Of a stretch of DNA of 64,000 bases, positions 1 through 10,066 are shown in pieces. How positions within the stretch are numbered: the stretch's first letter is position 1; each line of letters opens with the position of its first letter. Origin of the DNA: Candidatus Solibacter sp. (GTDB taxonomy: Bacteria > Acidobacteriota > Terriglobia > Bryobacterales > Bryobacteraceae); the NCBI GenBank assembly GCA_025361425.1, contig JANYAH010000083.1, positions 13,315 to 77,314 of the forward strand, in the 5' to 3' direction. The notes under the pieces were generated by a model. The model had not been told where the DNA came from, searched no databases, and worked only from the letters and a program-made list of their open reading frames with translations. Made by a program: the position numbers and the translations under genes.

Positions 1-364
1 GCTCGATGAACTGCACACCCCAGGCAAAGGCGAGCACCGCGGGCGCCAGTCCGAAGCTGATGACGTCGGCCAGCGAATCCATTTCGCGGCCGAAGGCGCT
101 GGTGGTGTTGGTCATGCGCGCGATGCGGCCGTCCAGACCGTCCAGCACGACGGCCGCGCCGATGGCCTGTGCCGCCACTGTGAAGTGTTCGGGTGCGCCG
201 GCCGATCCGCTGGCGGCCAGCATGGCTCCCTGGAAGGCGCGGAGTATGGAAATGTAGCCCAGGAAGATATTGCCGGCAGTGAAGAGTGTGGGCAGAGCGT
301 AGGCCGCTTTGCGCGGCCGGCGGTCCGGGGAATTGGGGTCTATGAAGCGGTCTTTCAGAGTCAT
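1..364 (-). CDS. pssA: CDP-diacylglycerol--serine O-phosphatidyltransferase, N-terminal part (3' end lies beyond the left window edge)
   Basis: My own translation of the minus strand from ATG 364-362 gives MTLKDRFIDPNSPDRRPRKAAYALPTLFTAGNIFLGY...AVVLDGLDGRIARMTNTTSAFGREMDSLADVISFGLAP. This is the CDP-alcohol phosphatidyltransferase motif D-G-x2-A-R...G-x3-D-x3-D. It shares an ATGA overlap with the psd stop codon. It is absent from the ORF track because its stop lies outside the window. Confidence 0.8.
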   Translation of the reverse strand, partial: MTLKDRFIDPNSPDRRPRKAAYALPTLFTAGNIFLGYISILRAFQGAMLAASGSAGAPEHFTVAAQAIGAAVVLDGLDGRIARMTNTTSAFGREMDSLADVISFGLAPAVLAFAWGVQFIE

Positions 365-978
365 TGAGACATCCGATCAAGGCGTCGCGCGAGGATGCTG
401 GAGCCGGCGGCCACGCGCTGGCCGGGCCGGACAGTGATTTCCCACTCCGGTCCGAAAAGGACGTCGCAGCGCGAGCCGAATTTGATCAGGCCGATGCGCT
501 CGCCGATGGCGACATGGTCGCCGGGTTTCTTACTGAAGACGATGCGGCGTGCGATCAGGCCGGCAATCTGTTTGAAGATCACTGTGACGCCGTCGCCGGT
601 GACAGTGACGATGTTCTGTTCGTTATCCCGCGAGCACTCCTCGCGGCTGGCCACCAGAAACTTGCCCGCCTGGTACCGCACCTTCTCGATGACGCCGCCG
701 ATGGGGGTGCGGTTCACGTGAACGTCAAAAACGTTCAGAAAGATACTCACGCGGTTCAGTCCGCCATCGGGCCTGATGGCGACCACTTTGCCGTCGGCCG
801 GCGAGACGGCGACCGGTCCGGAGGGAATCTCGCGGTCTGGATCGCGGAAGAAATAGAGGCAGAAGACGGCCAGGACGGCCATGGGGGCCGCGAACCAGGC
901 TCCGGCGAGCCAGCCCACGAGGGCTCCGGCGGCGCAGAGGGCCAGCGCGTAATAGATACCAGTGGAAACGATTTTCAA
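361..978 (-). CDS. psd: phosphatidylserine decarboxylase (short/archaeal-type proenzyme)
   Basis: ORF 361-1167 contains YFFRDPDREIP, VFDVHVNRTPIGG and IKFGSRCDV (G-S self-cleavage site). The first ~63 codons of the long ORF are Arg/Ala-rich and unlike the family. I therefore place the start at in-frame TTG 978 (MKIVSTGIYY...). The start remains uncertain. Confidence 0.8.
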   Translation of the reverse strand: MKIVSTGIYYALALCAAGALVGWLAGAWFAAPMAVLAVFCLYFFRDPDREIPSGPVAVSPADGKVVAIRPDGGLNRVSIFLNVFDVHVNRTPIGGVIEKVRYQAGKFLVASREECSRDNEQNIVTVTGDGVTVIFKQIAGLIARRIVFSKKPGDHVAIGERIGLIKFGSRCDVLFGPEWEITVRPGQRVAAGSSILARRLDRMSQ

Positions 979-1237
979 AATACTATTTTCGCATGCGCGG
1001 GGTCTCTGTAACCGAGCCGCGGCCGCGAACGGCTCCCGCGCGGCGCAAGATCCCTGCCCCAGCAGTGCTTCAAGATCGCGGCTAACTGGCCGGATACCGC
1101 GGCGGCGCAGTCTATCCGCGAACTTCACGCTGCGTGCCGCCAAGGTGGCAAGCGCTACGCGAGGCAATACCTGCCGTCTTAAGTTTGCTGGACCGCGAGC
1201 CGGAAGCCACTGGCTGTTCGGTTACGTGCCGCGAGCG

Positions 1238-1975
1238 CTATTTCGGGCCCGGCGCCGTACGCGGCCGCTTCAGCGAGGTCTCCGCCACAATCCGCAGGTG
1301 CATTGCCGCCATTCGCACGTTGCTTGGGATGTCCGCCTGGCTGAGAACGTCGAATAGCGCCAAAGCTCCCTTGCGATCCTCTGCCATCATCCGGTCCGCG
1401 CACAGCAATGCGCCCGCGGCCACATCCGCACGTACAGCTCCCTTGGTGGTGCCGAGCGCGCGCTGCAGCGTCTTCGCCGCGACGGGGCCGCTGATCTCGC
1501 CCACCGCCAGCGCGGCCGCCCTCGCCACGGCGGCATCCGCGCCATCCACGAGTTTGCCTAGCGGTTCGACGGCCTTCAGATCCCTCCGCCGCCGCAGAGA
1601 GTTGATCACACCGATCAGCAGCAAGCCTTTCAGCTTGGGCAGCGCGGCGCGCAGGGCATCGTCGGCAGATGGATCGGGCATCGATTCCAGAGCATCGCGA
1701 GCGTAGTCCGAGGCCCGATCGTCGCCCAACAGCGCCGCCAGCGCCGGCACGGCTTCTTTCGTGCCGATCACCGCCAGACGCTTGCAGGCGATGGCTTTCC
1801 GGAATAGCGTCGCGGGCTCGGAGCCGGGCTCCCCGAGAATCCGGATGAGCGCAGCCTGGTCCAGTTTCTCGATTGGTTCAGCCTTGAACTGGGCCGGAAC
1901 CTCCGGCTTCGCACGGCGGGTAGAGCCGCCGGCAGGCCTCTGTCCGGTGGGATTTGTTGGTGCGGTGTTCTGCAT
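1238..1975 (-). CDS. HEAT-repeat domain protein
   Basis: 245-aa ORF with repeated units of the form AVPALAALLGDD...R..A..AL. AGGAG lies about 10 nt upstream of the ATG. The antisense ORF 1134-1706 is rejected. Confidence 0.65.
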   Translation of the reverse strand: MQNTAPTNPTGQRPAGGSTRRAKPEVPAQFKAEPIEKLDQAALIRILGEPGSEPATLFRKAIACKRLAVIGTKEAVPALAALLGDDRASDYARDALESMPDPSADDALRAALPKLKGLLLIGVINSLRRRRDLKAVEPLGKLVDGADAAVARAAALAVGEISGPVAAKTLQRALGTTKGAVRADVAAGALLCADRMMAEDRKGALALFDVLSQADIPSNVRMAAMHLRIVAETSLKRPRTAPGPK

Positions 1976-2014
1976 TATCCGAATCTCCTGTTTCAGTTCT
2001 ATTTTCCGTGCCGG

Positions 2015-3349
2015 CTAGATCGCCCAAGGTTTCCGCACTGCCCGTGAGCGCATGCGGTTGGCCTCGGCGTCGTTGACGAACTCTTCCTTCGCCGGGTCCC
2101 AGGTCAGCTTGCGGCCCAGTTCAAACGCGATAAACGCGGCATGGCTGGTGATATGCGAGTTGCAGGCGTGGTCGGCATTGGCACGGGTCTGGGATCTGGT
2201 CTTAATGCAATCGATGAAATCACGCCAGTGGTAATGCAGGGTCAGCCTATCGTCAATACGTTCGGGAACCTGGCTCCTGAGGTTGTCGGAAACCGCGATT
2301 CTGCCGCCGTCGCCGGTTTCCACCCAACCTGTGTCCCCTTCGAAACGCACGCTGCAGGAACCCATGCCCAGCCAGCCGTCATCCGCCAGGCGTGTCCCTA
2401 AGTTGTTGCCATCGCGCATCACTAACTTGACACCGTTGGGATAGACGCAGTTGACCGAGTACGGAGCGCCGTTGGCCCCCTTGGGCACGTATTCAATGGC
2501 ATGCGTGTCGTCGCAATCGGCGGCCCACTGGCAAAGGTCCACCGTGTGCGACCCCCACTCTAGAATGCCGCCGCCGTGAAAATCGTACCAGTTATTCCAG
2601 CCTCCCCCGCCGGTAACATAGAACGGGTTGTACGGCCGCCATGGGCACGGGCCCAGCCAACGGTCCCAATCGAAGACCTGTTTGGGCGGCTCCGGCTCTC
2701 CCGGCAGCCAGTCCTTGCTGGGGATGGGCGGCCACATGGCATAGGTTCCCACGTTGGCGTGGACGGTTTGAAGCTTGCCGAGTTTGCCCGTGCGGGCCGC
2801 TTCGATGGCCCAGACGAAATTAGGGCCGTTGCGCCGCTGGGTACCTGCCTGGTAGACCCGGCCGGTGCGGCGGAACGCATCGGCCAACGCCCGGCTCTCC
2901 TGAATCGTCATCGAGCAAGGCTTCTCACAATAGACGTCCTTTCCCGCGTAGGCCGCCTGGACGGAGAGTGGTGCGTGCCAGTATTCCGGCGTCGCAATGA
3001 TAACTGCATCGATATCCGCGCGGGCCAGTACTTCCTCCTGGTAGGCGTACATCATGCAGTCGTTGTTCTGGTAGCGTTTATCGACGAGGCCCTTAATTTC
3101 TTCCCGCCGCGTGTTCTTCACGTCGCAGATGGCGGCAAACCGGGCATCCTGGTAGCTCAGGATTGCATTCACGGAAGCCATTCCGCGTCCGCCAATCCCG
3201 ATGCCGGCGATGGCGATCCTGTCGCTGGGCGGCACCGCCCCGGCGCGTTGACCCAGCACCGAACTGGGCACAATCATGGGCGCCGCGGCAATCACGCCGG
3301 CGGTCGTCATGAATTCCCGCCGTGAAACAGATCCTTTTCGACTACTCAT
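2015..3349 (-). CDS. Gfo/Idh/MocA family oxidoreductase with twin-arginine (Tat) signal
   Basis: N-terminus is MSSRKGSVSRREFMTTAGVIAAAPMIV (S-R-R-x-F motif). It has a Rossmann motif IAGIGIGGRG and the family core EKP. The start is taken at the internal ATG 3349, which is preceded by GGGAGAAG. Confidence 0.85.
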   Translation of the reverse strand: MSSRKGSVSRREFMTTAGVIAAAPMIVPSSVLGQRAGAVPPSDRIAIAGIGIGGRGMASVNAILSYQDARFAAICDVKNTRREEIKGLVDKRYQNNDCMMYAYQEEVLARADIDAVIIATPEYWHAPLSVQAAYAGKDVYCEKPCSMTIQESRALADAFRRTGRVYQAGTQRRNGPNFVWAIEAARTGKLGKLQTVHANVGTYAMWPPIPSKDWLPGEPEPPKQVFDWDRWLGPCPWRPYNPFYVTGGGGWNNWYDFHGGGILEWGSHTVDLCQWAADCDDTHAIEYVPKGANGAPYSVNCVYPNGVKLVMRDGNNLGTRLADDGWLGMGSCSVRFEGDTGWVETGDGGRIAVSDNLRSQVPERIDDRLTLHYHWRDFIDCIKTRSQTRANADHACNSHITSHAAFIAFELGRKLTWDPAKEEFVNDAEANRMRSRAVRKPWAI

Positions 3350-3501
3350 GATTCTTCTCCCTTGCCGTATCGCAAGTCTGCCGCTGCACGCTGACCGGCA
3401 GGCCATCGCAGGCTACCAGTCAATAGTCTGCCCCAGCAAGCCCGCTGTCAAGCCAGGCACGCTCAAGCCTGATCCGCGGCAAGCCGGGGTGCCCTCTCGG
3501 C

Positions 3502-3507
3502 TAGAAT
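3502..3507 (+). promoter_or_regulatory. -10-like hexamer TAGAAT, 6 nt upstream of ATG 3514 (leaderless-type)
   Basis: Read directly as ctagaat-gaggag-ATG. No convincing -35 element. Confidence 0.35.
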
Positions 3508-3513
3508 GAGGAG

Positions 3514-4776
3514 ATGCGCACCGGCCCCGGCGGCAAACCGCCTACCAGCCCTTCGACTTCGCTACGTTCGAGCTTCGCCTGGACTCTGGCCGGAAACGGA
3601 ATTTACGCCGCGGCACAGTGGTCCATTCTCAGCCTTGTGGCCAAACTCGGCGGCAGCGAGATGCTGGGGCAATACGCGCTGGCGGTGGCCCTCACCACTC
3701 CGCTGGTGATGTTGTCGCACCTCAACCTGAGGGCCGTTCTGGCCACCGACTTGGATGGGCGCCATTCGTTCGGAGACTATGTCGCGGTCCGCCTTGGGGT
3801 GTCGGGGCTCGGCCTCGTTGGCATCGCCATTCTGGCGCTGCTTTTCGGCCATTCGGGGTCGCTCGCCGCGGTAATCCTGGCGATGGGCTTGGCGCAGACC
3901 AGCGAGACGGTGAGCGACATCTATTACGGCGCCATGCAGCGGCGCGATGAGATGGAACTCATCGCCCGCTCCATGATCGCGCGGGGCTTGGTGTCGGTGT
4001 CCGCCTTTGGCTTCGCCCTGTATCTGCTTCGCGATCTGGTTTGGGCGCTCGCCGCGGTGGCGGCGGTGCGTCTGGCTTTGCTGTTCGCGTACGACCGGCC
4101 AAGGGGCGCGGCAGGCGAGTGTCTCGCGCGTTCGGGCCTGGGAGCCGGGATGGCACTGCTGCGCACGGCGGCGCCGCTCGGCGTGATGCTCCTGCTTGTC
4201 TCCTTGAACACCAACCTTCCTCGTTACGCCATCGAACGCTTTTTGGGTGGGACTGAGTTGGGCGCCTTCGCGGCGGTGGCTTCTTTCATGACGGTGGGCA
4301 GCACGGCTGTCAATGCTCTCGGCCAAGCCACCACACCCCGGTTGGCGCGCCACTACAGCCGGCGTGAGTCGGGGCACTTTCTCAAACTCACCTTCATGCT
4401 GGCTGCATCGGTGTGCGCGCTCGGCGTGGCCGGCGTGGTGGTAGCGGCTCTCTTCGGCCAGACCATCCTCGGCGTTGTCTATCGCCCGGAGTACGCGGCC
4501 TACGGCGGCCTGCTTATCGCCGTCATGGGCGCAGCCATTCCCGGCTACGTCGCGATCGCTCTGGGTTATGCCATCACCGCCGCTCGCGTCTTCGATGCGC
4601 AGGTGCCTTTGTTCTTCATTGTGGCTGCCAGTTGTGCCGGTGCAAGCTGGCTGCTGGTGCCCAGGTTCGGGTTGCGGGGCGCGGCCCTGTCTCTGGCCAT
4701 CGCCGCGTCGCTGCAGATCGGCGGTGAGGGTTGGATTCTTGCCCGCGCCATGCGCCGGATTGAGCCCACCGCATGA
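3514..4776 (+). CDS. polysaccharide/O-antigen flippase (Wzx, MOP superfamily)
   Basis: 420-aa polytopic membrane ORF with the N-terminus LRSSFAWTLAGNGIYAAAQW typical of oligosaccharide flippases. It is the first gene of a co-directional polysaccharide cluster. ATGA overlap with the next gene. Confidence 0.8.
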   Translation: MRTGPGGKPPTSPSTSLRSSFAWTLAGNGIYAAAQWSILSLVAKLGGSEMLGQYALAVALTTPLVMLSHLNLRAVLATDLDGRHSFGDYVAVRLGVSGLGLVGIAILALLFGHSGSLAAVILAMGLAQTSETVSDIYYGAMQRRDEMELIARSMIARGLVSVSAFGFALYLLRDLVWALAAVAAVRLALLFAYDRPRGAAGECLARSGLGAGMALLRTAAPLGVMLLLVSLNTNLPRYAIERFLGGTELGAFAAVASFMTVGSTAVNALGQATTPRLARHYSRRESGHFLKLTFMLAASVCALGVAGVVVAALFGQTILGVVYRPEYAAYGGLLIAVMGAAIPGYVAIALGYAITAARVFDAQVPLFFIVAASCAGASWLLVPRFGLRGAALSLAIAASLQIGGEGWILARAMRRIEPTA

Positions 4777-5972
4777 ACCGCGAACCTCGATCGGGCTTCG
4801 CCTCGCGCGTGCCTGGGCTGCTGTTGTGCCTGTTTGTCTTTTCGATTCCCTGGGAGAAAAGCGTCCAGATGCCGGGCATCGCCACGCTTTCCCACCTGTT
4901 CGGGATTCTCGCCTTCGCCACTGCCGCGGTTGTGGCACAGCGGCGCGGCTCTCTTCGCCCGCCCAACCTGGCACTGGGTTTGGCTGCCGTCTTCATGCTG
5001 TGGAGCGCGCTGACTTACTTTTGGAGCATGGACCGCCAGGCAACCGCCATGCGCGCGGCCACGCTCGTGGAACTGCTGGCGATGGTCTGGCTCATCTGGG
5101 ACACCTGCCGGGATTCACTGCTGCAAACCCGGCTGATGCAGGCCTACATCTGGGGAGCCGTGGTGGCGTCCGCCGGCGCCGGACTGCGTTTCTTCCATGG
5201 ACAGCAGACCTACTACCTGCGCTACGCCGCGGCGGGGTTCGACCCCAACGATTTCGGCCTGATTCTGGCCCTCTCCATCCCGCTCGCGTTATACCTGGCC
5301 CTGCGCACCGGCAGTCTCATGCGGTGGTGCTACCGGGTTGCGGTGCTGGTGGTGTTGTGCGCTCTCCTGTTGACGGGGTCGCGCACCGCGCTGGTGGCCG
5401 CCTTCGTCGCCTTCGGTTTTGCCCTTTGGACATGGCGCACGGCGGACCGTGCGCAGCGCACGTCGGGCGCACTCCTGTTCTTGTTCCTGCTGCTCGGCTT
5501 GTACCGCTTTGCGCCGGTGGCCACACGGCAACGCCTGGCCACCGTCACCACGGAGCTGACTCGGGGCACGCTCCACAACCGGACCATGATTTGGAAGGCC
5601 GGGTTGAAAGTCTTGCGCCGCCACCCGGTTTTGGGTATCGGCGCGGGCGCATACCCGGAGGCGGTGCGTCCCACGCTGGGCACGCCGGGCGTGCCGGGCC
5701 ATCAGTATGTCGCCCACAATACCTTCCTTTCGGTGCTGGTCGAATGCGGCGCAATCGGCTTCGCGGCGTACGCGCTCATGCTCGGCACACTCGCGATGTA
5801 TGTCTGGACGCTGCCGCCGGCCGAGCGCGCCCTCTGGGCGATTATGCTGGCGGTCTGGGCCGTTGGTGTTTCCACCTTGACTTGGGAACATTACAAACCC
5901 AGTTGGCTGATCGTGGCGCTCATCATGACGGAGTGGGGCCGCCCTTGGCGGGCCGCCGGGTTCAGGAAGTGA
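4773..5972 (+). CDS. O-antigen ligase/polymerase family membrane protein (Wzy_C)
   Basis: 399-aa multi-TM ORF with LLTGSRTALVA and a HNTFLSVLVECGAIG type loop, as in the O-antigen ligase family. Confidence 0.8.
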   Translation: MNREPRSGFASRVPGLLLCLFVFSIPWEKSVQMPGIATLSHLFGILAFATAAVVAQRRGSLRPPNLALGLAAVFMLWSALTYFWSMDRQATAMRAATLVELLAMVWLIWDTCRDSLLQTRLMQAYIWGAVVASAGAGLRFFHGQQTYYLRYAAAGFDPNDFGLILALSIPLALYLALRTGSLMRWCYRVAVLVVLCALLLTGSRTALVAAFVAFGFALWTWRTADRAQRTSGALLFLFLLLGLYRFAPVATRQRLATVTTELTRGTLHNRTMIWKAGLKVLRRHPVLGIGAGAYPEAVRPTLGTPGVPGHQYVAHNTFLSVLVECGAIGFAAYALMLGTLAMYVWTLPPAERALWAIMLAVWAVGVSTLTWEHYKPSWLIVALIMTEWGRPWRAAGFRK

Positions 5973-7081
5973 AGATCCGGGTTCTGGAGGTCCTGGCGTC
6001 CCTGCAGCGCGCTGGCGCCGAGCGGGTGGCTGTATCGCTGGCCTGCCGGCTGGACCGGAGCCGCTTCGACACAGCGCTGGTGTCCTTGTTCGATGCGTTT
6101 CCTAACGGACTGGAGCCGGTATTGGCCGAAGCCGGCGTCGAGACCTGGCACCTCGGCAAGCATCCAGGATTAGACCCGCGCATGGTGGCGCGGCTATTCC
6201 GCGTCATGCGCGCATTCCAGCCCGCGGTGGTACACACGCACTCCTACGTGCTCCGCTACAGCCTTCCGGCGGGTCTGGCCGCACGCGCCGGTGCGATGGT
6301 CCACACGGTACACAATCTGGCGGCGAAAGAGGTGGATCTTGCCGGCCGGTTGATACACCGCGTCGCGTTTCAGCGCCGGGTGGCGGCGGTCGCGGTGGGG
6401 GAGGAAGTGCGCCGTTCCTTCCGCGAGTTGTACGGCGCGGAACCGGCGGCCATGATTCCCAACGGCATCGATGTGGACGCTTTCCGCAGGCCGGGCGCGC
6501 GGCAGCAGTGGCGGCAAGCGAACGGCTTCGCGGAAGGCGATTTTCTGATCGCCTCCGTGGCCCGTCTGGAGCCGCAAAAAAACCCGCTCGGGCTGATTGA
6601 GTCATTTGCCCAGGCGTTCGGCGACGACCGGCACGGGCGCCTCCTGCTGGCCGGAGACGGTAGCCTGCGGGAAGCCGCCCGCGAGTATTCCGCGCGCCGC
6701 GGTGTCGCCGAGCGGGTGCATTTTCTGGGCGTTCGGGCGGAGGTCGCCGAGATGCTGGCGGCCTGCGATCTCTTCGCCTTGTCCTCGCACTGGGAAGGCA
6801 ACCCCATGGCCGTGATGGAGGCCATGGCGGCCGGATTGCCCGTCGTGGCGACCGCGGTGGGCAGCGTGCCGGAGCTTGTCGCGGACGGGGAGACGGGCCT
6901 CCTCGTGCCCCCTAGAGAAGAGCGCGCCTTCGCCGCCGCGCTTGCCTCCCTGGCCCGCGACCCCGGTCGCCGGCATAAGCTGGCGGCCGCCGCCTTGCGG
7001 CGCTCAGCCGCCTTCAACGTGGACACCATGGTCGCATCCTATGCCGGCCTTTTCGAGCGCCTCGCCGGAGCAACGCCATGA
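5969..7081 (+). CDS. glycosyltransferase family 4 (GT-B)
   Basis: GTG 5969 forms a GTGA overlap with the upstream stop. The sequence runs VKIRVLEVLASLQRAGAERV...HWEGNPMAVMEAMAAGLPVVATAVGSVPELVADGETGLLV (E-x7-E region). The upstream part of the 868-aa ORF 4475-7081 is an out-of-frame artefact. Confidence 0.85.
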   Translation: MKIRVLEVLASLQRAGAERVAVSLACRLDRSRFDTALVSLFDAFPNGLEPVLAEAGVETWHLGKHPGLDPRMVARLFRVMRAFQPAVVHTHSYVLRYSLPAGLAARAGAMVHTVHNLAAKEVDLAGRLIHRVAFQRRVAAVAVGEEVRRSFRELYGAEPAAMIPNGIDVDAFRRPGARQQWRQANGFAEGDFLIASVARLEPQKNPLGLIESFAQAFGDDRHGRLLLAGDGSLREAAREYSARRGVAERVHFLGVRAEVAEMLAACDLFALSSHWEGNPMAVMEAMAAGLPVVATAVGSVPELVADGETGLLVPPREERAFAAALASLARDPGRRHKLAAAALRRSAAFNVDTMVASYAGLFERLAGATP

Positions 7082-8181
7082 CGGGGCCGGTCGTGCTGCT
7101 GACCACCAACCTGGCTCGCGGGGGAGCCGAGACGCAAGTGGCCCTGCTCGCGCTCTCGCTGAGCCGGCGAGGTTGGCCCGTGAGTGTGGTTTCCTTGCTG
7201 GACCCCAGTGCGTTTCGGTTGGAACTTACCGCCGCCGGCGTCCCGCTGCATTCGCTTGGCATGCAACCGGGCCGGCCCAATCCACTGGCCGTGGCGCGCC
7301 TGGCTGTGATTCTCCGCGAGTTGCACCCGTGCGTGCTGCACAGCCACATGTTTCACGCCAACCTGCTGGCCCGTCTGACGCGCCTGGCCTTCCCCGCGCC
7401 ATTAATTGTCTCCACGCTGCACAGCATGGCCGAGAGCAGCCGGCACTCCGCCGGCACACGCTGGCGCGACTGGTTGTACCGTGCCACGGATCCGCTGGCG
7501 GACGCCACGGTGGCCGTCTGCCAGGCCGTCGCGGAGCGCCACGCCGCCTCGGGTGCGGTGCGGCGCCGCAAGTTGCGGGTGATTCCCAATGGCGTCGATA
7601 CGCAGCAGTTCCGGCCGGACGCGCCGCGCCGGGAGCGCCTGCGCGGCGAGCTCGGCGTGGGCGGCGAGTTCGTCTGGCTGGCGGCCGGGCGGTTGATGTG
7701 GAAGAAAGACTATCCGACCATGCTGCGCGCCGTAGCGCGCCTGCCCGCGGGCATTCTTTTCATCGCGGGCGCGGGACCGCTCGAAGCGGAATTGGCGGCA
7801 CTGGCGCGCGAGCTTCGGGTGCGCGTACATTTCCTGGGCTCGCGCGAGGACCTTCCCGCCCTGATGAATGCGGCCGACGGGCTGGTGTTGTCATCCGCGG
7901 TCGAGGGGTTGCCGATGGTGCTGCTGGAGGCGGCCGCCAGCGGCCTGCCGTCTGTCAGCACCAATGCCGGCGGCGCGCGCGATGCCATCGTCGACGGGCA
8001 AACCGGTTATCTGGCGCCCTGCGGCAATCCCGACGCGCTGGCCGCCGCGATGGCACAGATGGTGGAACTATCCGGCGCGGCGCGCCATGCGATGGGCCAC
8101 GCCGCGCGCGAGTTGGCGCTGGCACGCTTCGACATGGCCTCGGTAACGTCGCAATGGGAGCGCTTGTATCGCGAAGGCTGA
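7078..8181 (+). CDS. glycosyltransferase family 4 (GT-B)
   Basis: 367-aa ORF with an ATGA overlap upstream. Contains AVEGLPMVLLEAAASGLPSVSTNAGGARDAIVDGQTGYL. Confidence 0.85.
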   Translation: MTGPVVLLTTNLARGGAETQVALLALSLSRRGWPVSVVSLLDPSAFRLELTAAGVPLHSLGMQPGRPNPLAVARLAVILRELHPCVLHSHMFHANLLARLTRLAFPAPLIVSTLHSMAESSRHSAGTRWRDWLYRATDPLADATVAVCQAVAERHAASGAVRRRKLRVIPNGVDTQQFRPDAPRRERLRGELGVGGEFVWLAAGRLMWKKDYPTMLRAVARLPAGILFIAGAGPLEAELAALARELRVRVHFLGSREDLPALMNAADGLVLSSAVEGLPMVLLEAAASGLPSVSTNAGGARDAIVDGQTGYLAPCGNPDALAAAMAQMVELSGAARHAMGHAARELALARFDMASVTSQWERLYREG

Positions 8182-8182
8182 G

Positions 8183-8953
8183 ATGGACGTAACCAACCGG
8201 TTTGTGCTCGATTTTGCGCTGCGGTTCGCGCGCCAACGCGGCGCGGCGAGGGTGCTCGACTTCGGCTGCGGCGCCGGCCGCCTGGTTCAGGCCGGGATTG
8301 CCGCCGGATTGGATATGGCCGGCGCCGACGTCTACTACGGCGGCTCAAAAACGCGCGCGGAGGCCGAGCGTTTGGGTCTGCTGGGGGGCGCCATCCGCGA
8401 GATCCGCGACGGCCGTCTGGACTACGCCACGGCGTCCTTCGACCTGGTATTGAGCAATCAGGTGCTGGAGCATGTGGCGGACCTCAATGCGGCACTCGAA
8501 GAAATCCACCGGGTCCTGAAACCGGATGGCGCGGTACTCAGCATTTTCCCCGCGCGGGACGTCTTCCGGGAAGGTCACATTGGCATCCCCTTCGCGCACT
8601 GGTTTCCCGGAAACTCGCGGCTGCGCTTCTACTATGTCTGGGGGCTGCGCCGTCTGGGCCTGGGCACGTGGAAGCAGGAAGCGGCGACGTGCCGCCAGTG
8701 GGCCGTCGATAAGCTGGCGTGGATCGATGCCTACACGCATTACCGCTCCCGCCGTGAAATCTTCGACGCTTTCGGGCGCTTCTTCGTCAGCCAGCTCCGC
8801 GAGAGCGACTACATCCGCTACCGCCTGCTGGACCGGCCCGGGCGGAGGGCGCTGGCAGTGCTGGCGGATCTTCCTGTGGTCTCGGCGGCCGCCCGCGCCG
8901 TCTTTCGCAAGCTGGCCTTTCTGGTGATCGTCTCGCGGAAGGTGGCGCGGTGA
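8183..8953 (+). CDS. class I SAM-dependent methyltransferase
   Basis: 256-aa ORF with SAM motif I VLDFGCGAGRL and the post-I acidic residue. It is embedded between glycosyltransferase genes. Confidence 0.8.
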   Translation: MDVTNRFVLDFALRFARQRGAARVLDFGCGAGRLVQAGIAAGLDMAGADVYYGGSKTRAEAERLGLLGGAIREIRDGRLDYATASFDLVLSNQVLEHVADLNAALEEIHRVLKPDGAVLSIFPARDVFREGHIGIPFAHWFPGNSRLRFYYVWGLRRLGLGTWKQEAATCRQWAVDKLAWIDAYTHYRSRREIFDAFGRFFVSQLRESDYIRYRLLDRPGRRALAVLADLPVVSAAARAVFRKLAFLVIVSRKVAR

Positions 8954-10059
8954 AAATCGCCTACCTCATCACGCGCGCCGATGCGGTTGGGGGCGCCAGC
9001 ATCCACGTCCGCGACCTCGCGCGAGCCATGATTGAGCGCGGACACCAGGCCACGGTGCTCCTGGGAGGGCACGGACCGGTCGAGGAACAGCTCGCGGCAG
9101 CCGGAGTTCCCTATCTCTCTCTGCGCTGGCTGGAGCGGCCGATTGACCCACTCCGCGACCTGCGAGCTTTGGCCGAAATCGTCACCACGCTGCGCGCGCT
9201 GGCACCCGACCTGGTGTCCACGCACACCGCCAAGGCAGGCTGGGTCGGACGCGCCGCCGCGAGGAGGCTTTCGATTCCAGCCATCTACACGCCCCACGGC
9301 TGGTCCATCGACCAGCGCGTGTCGCCGCGGCTGGGCGCGATCTTCAGCCTGGCCGAGAAGGTCGCGGCGAAATGGTGCGCCGCCATCATCTGTGTCTGCG
9401 AAGACGAAAAGCGGCTGGCGCTGAGCAAGGGAGTTGCCGCCGCCGGCAAGCTGCTGGTGGTACACAACGGCGTGGGTGACATTGCGCGCGAACTGCGCGC
9501 CCGTCCGGCGCAGGCGCCCGTGCGCATCTGCTCGGTCGCGCGCTTCGCGTCGCCGAAAGACCATCGCACGCTGCTCACGGCGCTGGCCGCGCTGCGTTCG
9601 CAACCATGGGAGCTCGACCTGGTTGGCGACGGACCGCTGGAGGCGGAGATGCGCGGCTTGGCGGCCGAACTGGGCCTGGCCGGGCGCGTCCGGTTTCTCG
9701 GCTATGTGGCGGATCCGGCGCCCGTGCTGGCGCGCGCTCAACTGTTCGTGCTCGCTTCGCGCTCGGAAGCGTTTCCGCGCAGTGTGTTGGAAGCGCTGCG
9801 CGCCGGGCTGCCGGTGGTGGCCTCCGCCGTCGGTGGGATCAGCGAAGCCGTGACGGACGGAGGCAACGGTCTGCTGGTTCCCGCGGGCAACCCGGCACCC
9901 CTGGCGGCCGCACTCAAGAGGCTGCTCGGCGACGCTCAGTTGCGGGAGTCGATGGGCGCCGCGGCCCGCGCGGCCTATGAGCGGCGGTTCCGCCTGGAGC
10001 GCATGGTGGATAGCACCGCCGCCATCTATGTTACATTACTGGGCAGGACCGCGAAGTAG
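8950..10059 (+). CDS. glycosyltransferase family 4 (GT-B)
   Basis: 369-aa ORF with a GTGA overlap upstream. Contains RSEAFPRSVLEALRAGLPVVASAVGGISEAVTDGGNGLLV. Confidence 0.85.
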   Translation: MKIAYLITRADAVGGASIHVRDLARAMIERGHQATVLLGGHGPVEEQLAAAGVPYLSLRWLERPIDPLRDLRALAEIVTTLRALAPDLVSTHTAKAGWVGRAAARRLSIPAIYTPHGWSIDQRVSPRLGAIFSLAEKVAAKWCAAIICVCEDEKRLALSKGVAAAGKLLVVHNGVGDIARELRARPAQAPVRICSVARFASPKDHRTLLTALAALRSQPWELDLVGDGPLEAEMRGLAAELGLAGRVRFLGYVADPAPVLARAQLFVLASRSEAFPRSVLEALRAGLPVVASAVGGISEAVTDGGNGLLVPAGNPAPLAAALKRLLGDAQLRESMGAAARAAYERRFRLERMVDSTAAIYVTLLGRTAK

Positions 10060-10066
10060 CGGCAAC

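Noticed and set aside
4475-5968. The first ~498 codons of the 868-aa ORF 4475-7081, which would make a giant fusion protein.
   Set aside because: This part overlaps the flippase and Wzy genes in a different frame and is Arg/Pro/Ala-rich, as expected for off-frame reading of GC-rich DNA. The recognisable GT4 domain begins at GTG 5969, which is coupled to the upstream stop.
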